Below are positions 36,711-47,200 of a DNA stretch of 64,000 nt, in pieces. The notes beneath the pieces are model-generated. The model did not search any database. It was not told where the DNA came from and was given only the letters and a program-made list of their open reading frames with translations. Origin of the DNA: Heteronotia binoei (Eukaryota); assembly GCF_032191835.1 (NCBI RefSeq), contig NC_083233.1, positions 61,628,001 through 61,692,000 of the forward strand. The letters are read 5' to 3'. Position numbers and translations under genes: made by a program. The stretch's first letter is position 1; the number at the start of each line of letters is the position of its first letter.

Positions 36711-36820
36711 TGACATCACATGGAGACGTCATCCATTCAACAATGCTCAAAGTTCTACATCATCCAGCTTCCAAGAAATAGGCCGTCCCCTGATGACTAC
36801 CATGGAATACACATCAATTG
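36711..36820 (+). promoter_or_regulatory. Proximal promoter/5' leader block of kinase copy C (TGACATCACAT, GACGTCA, AATGCTCAAAGTTCTACA)
   Basis: Homologous to 28289-28376; CRE-like site 169 nt before the ATG, plus GACGTCA at 36725-36731. Confidence 0.6.
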
Positions 36821-36879
36821 GCTGTGTGCATACATAAACAATGTGACCGAATTTGTCTCAGCGACTACCTCATAGCACC

Positions 36880-37926
36880 ATGGACGATGCCGCAGTGCTC
36901 AAAAAAAGAGGCTACGTCATGGGAGGGAACTTAGGAGAAGGATCTTACGCAAAGGTGAAAGCGGCCTACTCAGAACGTTTGAAATTTGACGTAGCAGTAA
37001 AAATCATTGACCGGAAGAAAGCCCCTCATGACTTCTTGGAGAGGTTTCTTCCGAGAGAAATAGACATCTTGGCCAAAGTGAATCACCGATCCATCATCAA
37101 AACCTACGAGATCTTTGAGACCTCAGATGGCAAAGTTTACATTGTGATGGAGCTCGGAGTTCAAGGTGACCTGCTGGAATTCATCAAGAGCAAAGGGGCA
37201 ATGCCGGAAGAAATAGCCCGCAAGATGTTCCGTCAGTTGTGCTCTGCCATTAAATATTGCCACGATTTAGACATTGTCCACCGGGACTTGAAATGTGAAA
37301 ACCTCCTTTTGGACAAAGATTATCACATCAAGCTTTCGGATTTTGGCTTCTCCAAACGATTGAATCGTGACGAAGACGGTAAAGTTATCCACAGCAAAAC
37401 CTTCTGTGGTTCAGCCGCTTACGCAGCCCCTGAAGTGCTGCAAGGCATCCCCTATGAACCCAAGATTTATGATATGTGGAGTCTCGGTGTCATTCTGTAT
37501 ATAATGGTCTGCGGCTCCATGCCTTACGATGACTCAAACATCAGGAAAATGCTCAGGCTTCAGAAGGAGCATCGCGTGCATTTCCCCAAGTCCAAAAACC
37601 TATCTACTGAATGCAAAGATCTCATTTATCGCATGCTGCAACCCGACGTGGGCCGGCGGTTGCACATCGAAGATGCTCTGAGCCACATTTGGATGCAGGG
37701 CTCCAAATCCAGAGGGCTTTCAGCAACTTCTGTCGGAAGGAACGGAGAGTGTTCCCGGACTGTGTGCACGATGAAGTCAGAAGCCAAAGTCGAACTGGAT
37801 ACAGACCACAAGTCTGAGGTCAAGCCACCAGCCAAGTTGGAAGCAGTAGCAGAGGAAACGGGTCAGGCAGACAGGCCAGGAGATGTCAATGAGATAGTGA
37901 CTCAGATGGAGAAAGCAGAAATCTAA
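36880..37926 (+). CDS. TSSK1/2: Intronless testis-specific Ser/Thr kinase, TSSK1/TSSK2 family, copy C (348 aa), nearest ESS2 (the position TSSK2 occupies in mammals)
   Basis: ATG at 36880 (CACCATGG); the ORF-track start at 36853 is a [15 protein letters not shown]...GEGSYAKV...HRDLKCEN...DFG...APE, all catalytic motifs intact. Confidence 0.96.
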   Translation: MDDAAVLKKRGYVMGGNLGEGSYAKVKAAYSERLKFDVAVKIIDRKKAPHDFLERFLPREIDILAKVNHRSIIKTYEIFETSDGKVYIVMELGVQGDLLEFIKSKGAMPEEIARKMFRQLCSAIKYCHDLDIVHRDLKCENLLLDKDYHIKLSDFGFSKRLNRDEDGKVIHSKTFCGSAAYAAPEVLQGIPYEPKIYDMWSLGVILYIMVCGSMPYDDSNIRKMLRLQKEHRVHFPKSKNLSTECKDLIYRMLQPDVGRRLHIEDALSHIWMQGSKSRGLSATSVGRNGECSRTVCTMKSEAKVELDTDHKSEVKPPAKLEAVAEETGQADRPGDVNEIVTQMEKAEI

Positions 37927-38135
37927 ATCGCTCTGGGCCAAGGTGTCCCCCTCGCCTGGACTCAAGCGGTGTGTGCAATAGGCAGTCCAAGCGACCAACC
38001 CAACGGAGATGGTATTTTAGGGGCAAAGGAAGGATGAACCAAGGAAAAGACCAGAAAGGGAGAGAGAGAGAGAGACTAAATCAGGAAAGTAGCAAAGCAT
38101 TTTCTTTGTAAACACTTTTTTTTTTTAGCAATTCT

Positions 38136-38141
38136 ATTAAA
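38136..38141 (+). terminator. ATTAAA, candidate poly(A) signal of kinase copy C
   Basis: 210 nt after the stop codon, followed by T-rich sequence. Confidence 0.4.
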
Positions 38142-41099
38142 TGCTTTTCTAGATTGATAAATATTTTGCTGACCTTGTCAACGGCCTGTGAAGTGAACGG
38201 GCTCCATTGTGGAGACAGAGGGGCTTTTTATACTGCCCTTGAGTTGTGTGTGTCCCTGAACGCAGCTCTTCAGGTGCTTTTGAAACTTGTGAGCCAATCC
38301 TCTTTCAGAGGCAGGCTGAAAGCTCTTCTCTGAAAGAGCTCCCAGTCAAAATTGTGCGCCTTGCATAAAACATCCCCCGCATCACAACAAAGCAAGTACC
38401 TGTGTGGGCTGAGGGCCTACCATCCCACCACTAAGGCGCCGGATGTCGAAGCCAAATCCCCCACACTTTAACAAACAGTGGCTGCCTTAGCACCATCCCC
38501 GTGAGGCCTCCATGCTGATGTGTCTCTAAGCCAGAATAAGTACTAGCCACCTGGATTTGATTTAGATTTGGGGAGGTTTTCAGCTTACCATTTCAGCTTA
38601 CCATTTCAGAAGCTAATTTGAGAACAGTTTGCCCAAAGGATTTCATACAGTGTACAGGAACACTGCCAATAAGAGAGCTTGAATGTACTCTTTGGCACAT
38701 TTTATATTTTGGAAGGCAGGGAAGTATTCACTCCTCTCGCTTCCTGTAATGAGGCGCAACCCCCAAGCCATTTGCCGCTGATACTGCCTTACAAATTTAT
38801 TGGAAGATGGGGAAAGCTTGCCAATTGCTACAGCTTCAAGACTGCCTATCGCAGTGGCTGCCTCCTCCTCCCCGTAAGCCTAGAAATGACATTGAGCTTT
38901 TTGCCTGCTCCACAATAAACAGATGGGAATTTTGTCTTTGCAAGCTGTGGGGCCAATCGCAAGGTACCTTTTTCCTACAAAAGAATACACAACAGCAAGA
39001 AAAAACAGGTGAAAACCATTTTATGGAAATCTGGGGGGGGACGATTTTTGTGGATTTGGCACAAAGATTCAACTTCTGCTATGCAGGAATTTTGTTTTGC
39101 AGACGTGCCTCTGGTGGTGGAAAGCTCAGAGCCACCTTAGCTTTTCGGGAAGTTATGGAGCTTCTCTGTGTGTCATTTTGGATTCCAGCCAGGAAGGAGA
39201 ATATAAGCAGCAACAGTTCAGAGCGAGGAGCTGGAAAGGCTAGCTATATTACCTCTCCACCACAACCCCTCTCTATTTCTTCCTAGCGTTCCCCTAAACC
39301 TCTTACTATTGAGAACAGAGACAAGTTTGATGCGATTGCTTTAACAGCTTACATAATACATGATGTCTAAACTAAATTCTGTGCCTGTTTTTTATGTTGA
39401 AATAATTAAGGCTTATTTGCACAAACGGGTCACAGAGATTGATTGCATTTTGTTTCCCTGAATTAATAACTCTTGCTTCTAGAGGGAGGGTCACAAAAGA
39501 TCATTAGCCATTCCCTTACCCAGTGGTGTCCATTTCCTCTGTTTTACAAGATCTAGCAGCCAAACAGCTTTTGAAGGGGAGTAGACAATTTCAGCCAGGT
39601 TCTCATGGGAATTAACTATATTAGTTAAAACTGAAAGGCAATATACCTCTGAGCGCTGGAGACAGACAATAGTGGGAGGCTGCTTGTGGCTTTCTTGGAA
39701 GTATCTGGCTGGAGCCACTCTTTAAACACCAGTAGCTAGGAGGTTTAGCCTAACAGGGGTTTTATTAGATTTGGTATAAAGCATTCCATGAGTAATAGAC
39801 TCACCGAGTTGGAAGGGAACCTCCAGGGCCATCTAATCCAACCCCCTGCACTATGCAGGAAATTAACAAAAATTCATGGCACTATCAGCTCTATGATTCT
39901 AACCTTATTGCTGGAGATGCACGCAAACAGGAAATTCACTTCCTTCCCATTTCAACTGCTGGTGAACTTTCTCAGAGACATCCAACTAACAGTTGGAAAG
40001 TGGACTAAACTTGATCCAGCAAGAGCCAATAAAAGGGGGGAGGGGGGAAGGGACTCATACAACATAAGCTTAATTCAAGCACCTTGCAAAATTATGGTTT
40101 AATTGCACTATGATTTGTGATTGTCTGAATGTGAGACAGTAACCATGGCTAATCAGGGTATATAAAGCCAATATTTGTATTCTCAATTTGAAATTGGTTT
40201 ATTGAGCAGTCTTACCTATTTGTTTCACACCACAGAAACACAAATGTCCTGGCTTGTTTTCTGGGATCACGTAAGCATAATACAGTGTTCCCTCTAAGCT
40301 GAGTTAGTGTGAGCTAGCTCACAGCTTTTTCGCCTCTGGCTCACACATTTTTGTTTTAACTCAGGGAAAATGGCCCCAGAGCAAACTAATTTATGTAGTA
40401 CCTCACAACTTTAATGCCAGTAGCTCATGAAGCAGAATTTTTGCTCACAAGACTCTGCAGCTTATTGAATCCAGGCCATTAAAACAACAAACCCAGCATT
40501 TGTCAATGCAAACCAGGATTTGAATTATTGTCTGCAAACCAAATCCTGGTTTCACAAACCACTTACACCTATAAACATCATTTCACATTAGAGCTCAACA
40601 GATCTTTTCAGAAATGATTTTATTGTAGAATCTCTCAGCAATTGACAGTGGAAGTACAAGGTGGATCCAAGCAGTTTTTCCAATTGTGTAAAAGGAGAGA
40701 GGAGGAGTTGGGAGGGAAAGAGTTACGGGAATTCCTTAACTCAGGCACACTTGACCCTATCCTCTCATCTGTGAGATGCTGGGCCTCTTTGGCTGTCTCC
40801 TGCATCATCTTATATAGGAATTCTCTTCTTTCTTGTACCTGGGCTTGGGGCTGTAGCAAGTTAATCTTTTTGAAGTTAATTTGTTCACAATAAGTTAAAT
40901 GTACCTATATGAATATGTCATGTAAGGAGTACTTCTATTTTTGTAAGTAAAATTTCTTTCTCTTGTCACCATTGGAGTCAGATGAGCTTTGTAATTTGTT
41001 TGAACAGCATTTTCTTCTTTACCAGGAAATGTGAGGGATCGGGGAAGATTGTAACAATGCTTCTGTGCTTCCAAGGCAATTGATGTTTTTTTACATTTA

Positions 41100-41365
41100 G
41101 GAAAAAGGGGAAAGGAAAGGTCCCCAGTGCAAGCACCAGTCGTTTCCGACAGACTTTTTATGGGGTGGTTTACCATTGCCTTCCCCAGTCATCTACACTT
41201 TCCCCCCAGCAAGCTGGGTACTCATTTTACAGACCTCGGAAGGATGGAAGGCTGAGTCAACCTCGAGCCGGCTACCTGAACCAGCTTTCGCTGGGATCAA
41301 ACTCAGGTCGTGAGCAGAGCTTAGGATGCCGTACTGCAGCTTTAACACACTGTGCCACGGGGCTC
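41100..41365 (-). mobile_element. Sauria-type SINE, second copy, with internal ~36-bp deletion and 11-bp TSD
   Basis: Reverse complement of the 12268-12573 family; TTTTACATTTA at 41089-41099 and 41366-41376. Confidence 0.85.
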
Positions 41366-42592
41366 TTTTACATTTAACCCAATAGTAATAAGGAGGGAAA
41401 TTGGTGGAGATTGAGCAAAAAAGCTGATGGGATCCAACCAGTTTACTTTCTATACTGATACTAATATCCAATTAAATGGAACAATGTAAAACAATTAAGG
41501 AATTATGAGAAGTTGAACAGGAGTTAGGCTGAAGTTATCTTTTGTTTGTGATGGCAGCCAGGGTTACCTCCATATTAATTTAAATATAACAATTTGTTAT
41601 AACTTTAGTAAAATTACAAGAAACCGAAGTGGTTAGTTTTTGGTTTTGTAGTAGCATTAAGTAGAAAATATGGTCATTAAAATACAAAACCCTGAAGGCT
41701 GAAAAATGATTCTAAGCCTGTAAACATTTGGGCTTAGTTTCACATTAATGCTAAACCGAGCCACAGTGTGGAAACAGCACTTATGTCTTATTAAGAGATG
41801 CAAGGACTAAATATATTCACCCCAAATGTCTCTGAAACAAATTTGGAATTTTGCCTTTAAGATGACTGTTTCACCAGCTCTGCTCTCACTTTCCAGCAAA
41901 GCCTTTCCTATGTTGAATATTTTTTAATTCTGGTACTGAACATGTATGTAAAGTAGTCCGTCAACACAAACATGCTGTTAGAATCACCTAATTTTTTACT
42001 TGCCCTCCAGTGTGCACAGAATTCTGTAAACCATAGGCAGCATATCAAGTACACAAAAGAGAAAGGCATCTTTCTGTTTACCAAGGCTTCCCTCTCTGGT
42101 TGGCCAAAGGTGATTCCACCACCACCCCACTTCCACCCATGACCAGGAAAACAACCTACAGGCTTGCTATTAAAGCGTGAAACAATTCTCCAGGGATGTA
42201 AAAACTCTTCTTTAATCAGAAGTCAATGTGCGTTTCGCGTGGATCAATATCCTGCCTCATACCAAGAACTTATACATATATCACTATGATATACAGCACC
42301 CCACTTGCATTTAAGAAGGAACAGAGGGTTTAAGACCCAGGGTGTGTTCCAAGAGCAGGTGACGCAGCAATCTTGCTGAAGTCAAGCAAATCTAGCTGTG
42401 GTCAGATGGGAGACCTCTTGGGAATTCACACATATGTCACCTGAATTCCATAATGCAAGAAGGGTGTGGTTCCAATATAATAAAATATTTGCACACAGCA
42501 GAACATCTCCATACTGTTTGTCTTAGATATAAAGTTGTGCTTCATGTTTTAACCATCATGATTGATGGCTCAGGTCAAAAGTCGATGACGAC

Positions 42593-42850
42593 ATTGGATT
42601 TATATTACACCCTCCACCCTGAATCAGAGTCTCAGAGTGGCTCACCATCTCCATTATCTTCCTCCCCAAAAACAAACACCCTGTAAGGTGGGTGGGGCTG
42701 AGCTTTCCCAGAAGCTGCCCTTTCATGGACAACTCCTATGAGAGCTATGGCTGACCCAAGGCCATTCCAGCAGCTGCAGGTGGAGGAGTGGGGAATCAAA
42801 CCCGGTTCTCCCAGATAAGAGTCCACGCACTTAACCACTACACCAAACTG
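42593..42850 (-). mobile_element. Same L2-tailed SINE family, inverted relative to 42938-43219
   Basis: Reverse-complement homology over essentially the whole element. Confidence 0.85.
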
Positions 42851-42937
42851 ACCTAATTCAAGCATCCTCTTTTCCCAGTGTGTATAGCTAAATGTTTCAT
42901 GAACTACATAAGCAGGACATAAAAGTAACTGCCTTAC

Positions 42938-43219
42938 CAGCCGGTTTGGTGTAGTGGTTAAGTGTGCGGACTCTTATCTGGGAGAACCGGGTTTGATTCC
43001 CCACTCCTCCACTTGCACCTGCTAGCATGGCCTTGGGTCAGCCATAGCTCTGGCAGAGGTTGTCCTTGAAAGGGCAGCTGCTGTGAGAGCCCTCTCCAGC
43101 CCCACCCACCTCACAGGGTGTCTGTTGTGGGGGAGGAAGGTAAAGGAGATTGTGAGCCGCTCTGAGACTCTTCGGAGTGGAGGGCGGGATATAAATCCAA
43201 TATCATCATCTTCTTCTTC
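42938..43219 (+). mobile_element. tRNA-derived SINE with L2-type tail, full length (other copies at about 1-252 +, 2081-2230 -, 9100-9270 -, 33370-33596 -, 42593-42850 -, 59050-59281 +)
   Basis: A box TGGTGTAGTGG, B box GGTTTGATTCC. The tail GTGAGCCGCTCTGAG...GAGGGCGGGATATAAAT matches the L2 3' end at about 49511-49556. Confidence 0.85.
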
Positions 43220-43697
43220 GCTTTTCCTTACTCCCTTCCTGTACCTGGTATTCAGGGGTACACTGTCAGTGAACATGAAAGCTCCACATTTCCTCCTATT
43301 AACATATCAAATCCAGATTGGCTGTGCAGATTTCTAAAAATTCTGCTTTGGCAGCAGCTGCCGCCACACCATACGGATCTTCACGGTGGGCACAAAGGTA
43401 AGCACTGGCAGACATTTTGCGGCTGGCTTCGCTTCCTGCTGCAGACTTTTTGTGCCAGCCGCTTTGTCCTTCCACTCGCCACACTGCAGCAGACTTTCAA
43501 AGGCAGCTGAGAATTAAAAAGGTTGGAGACCCTGCTCTAGACCGTGTATAATTTGGTATACCTTTATTGCATCCACCACCAGCCCAGCCGCTTAATATTC
43601 TCTTAATAAGGAAAAGTATACCCCACAAAGAGTTTTGTTTCTTAAGGGAAATCTAGAGCCACAGGGAAGCCTTCTAGGTCAAGATCACATTCAGACC

Positions 43698-43703
43698 TTT
43701 ATT
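43698..43703 (-). terminator. Candidate ESS2 polyadenylation signal AATAAA (second candidate at 43563-43568)
   Basis: TTTATT on the + strand about 280 and 415 nt past the stop codon. Confidence 0.5.
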
Positions 43704-43983
43704 TAAAGGCATTCAATAAATAGACACACTTATTCAGACAAAAATTTGAGGCACCCAAAGCTGTCCTCTTCGGAAAAAACAAAAATCTGGTGCAAAGAAG
43801 CGCAAGACAACATTTTTTTCTGCTCAGCTGAACAGTCCCAGGCTTAATTCTGCTCTTGCGTCTTGTGAGCACCGGAGCAAAGTATCAAGATCTCCCGCCA
43901 CTTCCACCAGTCCTGTTTGTGCTTTACCAGAAAGCCCTGCATAGATTCAGCTATGCAGGGGACCCAGGAATGGAGAGTGTTCC

Positions 43984-44272
43984 TCAGAAAAAGTCTGACG
44001 CTTTGCGCCTTTTCGGGAGCTGCAGGAGATTGTCCGTAATTGAAGCAGGATCCTGGGTAACTGGAGTCTGAGATACTGTCCGGGGAGTTGGGGTGGTGGT
44101 GGTGGGCGTCTGTGGCCCACCTGCCGGGGTCTTGTAGCCAGGTGTGCCTAGGTGTGCGGGGGACGGGGTGTAGCTGGCTCGCAGAGCCTTGTCAGTGTAT
44201 TTGCTGGCAGTCCTGTTTACTAAGCGCTGCAGGGCTGGAGACATCACTGGGCTCAGTCCTTTGGGCGTCAGA
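43984..44272 (-). CDS. ESS2: ESS2 last coding exon (SLTPKGLSP...RRKASDFF*, 289 nt)
   Basis: Acceptor TCTTCCAG|T; TGA stop at 43986-43984. Confidence 0.97.
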
Positions 44273-47200
44273 CTGGAAGAGAACACACAAGAATCTGTTT
44301 TGAGAAGGAAAGTTTGATTTGGGGTTATTCGGAGAAGGGCAGGGTAACATGACCTGGCCATCGGTCGACATCTTTGCAGGGGGGACAGCACAGGCAGAGA
44401 GGAACAGAACGAAACTGTCCTAGTCTCCGCACATATCCGCAAACATAGACACCATTTGGTTTATTTTGATACAAGATCAGAAGAAAAAAAATGAATGAAA
44501 ACAATAAAAACTGCCACATATAACACTGATAAGGACTTATATGTATCACTATAACCCAACTTTCCAAAGTTCTTACACACATTTCACGATTGAGGGGGTT
44601 AGTGATTTGAAGACTTAAGCATTCTTTTCATACTGCACATAGTGCTATAGAAAATTTTGTTACAATATAAATTATTTCTTGGGTCTGAAAGGAGAAGGAA
44701 AGTGTCGTCTTGCCCTGATCTTCCTGGGAATTTATTAAAATCAGCAAGGAAAACCATGGGCACAGCAATGCGCATCTGAACTGCAAGCAGCTACATGTTG
44801 AACCCCCATATTCCTATATACACAACATGTTGGTGTGCAGGGCATCAGAAAAAGGTATGCTTGCCCTGCCCATCAGGTGCACATTTGCTCAACAGTGGGT
44901 ACATGCTGAGATCTAAAACCAAGAACAGCACAGTGTCTGTATTAAAGCCAACTAAAATATCACAAACCAGTGACACTGGAATTCTTCTGTGGGTAGATGC
45001 TAAGAAACAAAAGAGAGAGAGAGAGAAGACAGGGAGGGAGGGAGAGAGGGGGGAAAGGAAAAAAAGATGCTGACGTACATGATTAACTCTGCCATGTTTA
45101 ACTGTCCTAAAATAGAATAAGAGGGGGGGAGGGGGTTTATGCAGACTTCAATTAAACTGAACAATGCTTGGTGCAGAAAGATCTGTGGCGGTAGCAGCAA
45201 GAAACAACGTGGTGAAAGATCAACTGCTGCTCCCCATTTCCAAATATCAAAGCAAGCTGTAATCTGTCTCTAGCTTTTGACTCTCACCTGGCAAGGTTTT
45301 CCGTGACTTTCCTTAAAGCTTCCTGCTTTTTCGCTCGGTTTTTGGCAGCTGCCTCGTTGGCCATCTTCAGCCCAAGTCTCTCTCTGCGGCCAGGCTCCAG
45401 GATCTGAAGAGACACCAACCAGCTGAGTTACCAGCACTTAAAAAAAAAGAAGTCTTCCCCTTGTGCTACAAAAGCCATTGACATTTCTAGGGCAACACTC
45501 ATTTCAAGAGAGTGCTTGATAAGTAGCTCTGGATCTTGCTGCTATTGTTTATATTGGTTTGCCGCTTTTTATTTGGATTATATCTTTTTTTTAAAAAATC
45601 TAACTTTTATTTTAAACATGCCAGACATTGTGTAGCCTGGGCTGTTGGAAGATCTGGATACAAGTATTTTATGTAAGATAAAATAGATAACCAGCAGCAC
45701 AAGTATAAGGGTGTTCTGCTGATGTTTGCTGAAGAGTCAAGAGGTGAAGTGCAACTCCAAAGACAAAGCACATGATCATCTCTCCACGTATCCACTGTGT
45801 ACCAGCAATGCATCCTCTGCTTCAAATTTTACATGATACTGTAGAAAACACATTAGTATGAAGCAGTAGAGCAAAGTTTGAGTCCAGTAGCACCTTTAAG
45901 ACGTATATGTATGGATTGTTAACTTCCGTTTCAATGTATCTGAGGAAGCGTGCATGCACATGAAAGCTCATACCTTGAATAAAATGTTGTTGGTCTTAAA
46001 GGTGCCACTGGACCCAAACTGTGTTCTGCAGAAAACACTGTTTTGCTGCACAAACTATGAAGCTTGTACCAGCTTCTGGATCCAGATTTGCCAGCTGTGG
46101 ACAAAGGGATTGAAACTGCAGAGAGAGATCTCAGGAGGAACAAGATTCCCAGGCTCACTGCAGAACCACTTGTCCAAATGAAATGGATGCTCTGGGAGGA
46201 CACCCCCCTGGATAAGTGGTACATCTGGATTCCTTACATCATCGCAGCCAGCCTGGGTGTGACCAGAAGCATTTCTAGGAAGAGAGGAAGGTGGGGACCA
46301 TCTGGATAACAACTAAATATGGGCAGTGCTTCTGTTCTGTCTCCGCTTCCAGGTATTTAGCCTGAATGTGGCCAGCAATATGAGCCAAAGGACTCTCAGC
46401 CCTTGGTTCTTTACCTCATAACTTATCTCCTGAGGCTCACAGTGAGCAGGTCTAGCGGATAAAGGAATAGCCTAGGGATGTGGGGGTGTTTTCCCCTGTT
46501 CCTTTTTGTAGTTTGTAAGTTGTTCAGGATCCCCAGAGTAAAAATACCCTCGATTCACTCCTGGGTGGACAAATAAGACTGACTGCACAAATTCCAGAGT
46601 AGTATAAATTCCACTTCTCTCCCAAGTAGCTCCTCCTGGATTCGCGGTCCTCCATCAATCGTGGACTAGCAGGAGGCGGGGGGGGGGGGGGGAGGAGTGG
46701 CGATGTTTATCCGGGAGGCTTACTCCTTTCGGGCACTCCCGGCCCCAAGGATCACCGGCGTTGAATGTGCTGGTCTGGTGGTTAAGGCGCAAGAGAGTTT
46801 GGCTATTTGGCTGCTGTACCGACCGCCCTCTACACCAGCCAATGCCCTGCCGGCCCTTGTGGAAGCCATAGCAGGCTGGGCATTGGAGCACCCGAGACTT
46901 CTGGTCCTGGGTGACTTCAATGACCATGCTGATAACGTGGGCTCCACATTGGCATCAGACCTAGTGTCGTCCATGGCGGCGCTGGGACTCTCTCAATATG
47001 TAACAACTCCCACCCATCAGGCTGGGCACATTCTGGATTTGATCTTTGTGGCGGGAATGACAGTGGACCGTATTACTGCTGATGCAGTGCCATGGTCGGA
47101 CCACTATGCCTTGAAGGCTCATTTGAACATCCCACTCCAACCCTGTCTGGGCGGTGGGTGTATTTTAGCCCGCCCACGGAGTCAAATGGACCCTATGTGG

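Noticed and set aside
19269-37926. Possibility that the kinase triplet is a mis-assembly
   Set aside because: The copies differ at 20-25% of kinase residues, have unrelated tails and have unrelated flanks.
42938-43010. tRNA gene candidates (A/B boxes here and at 12268, 59050, 62160-62227)
   Set aside because: They continue directly into SINE bodies and tails and lack a full cloverleaf, so they are SINE heads.
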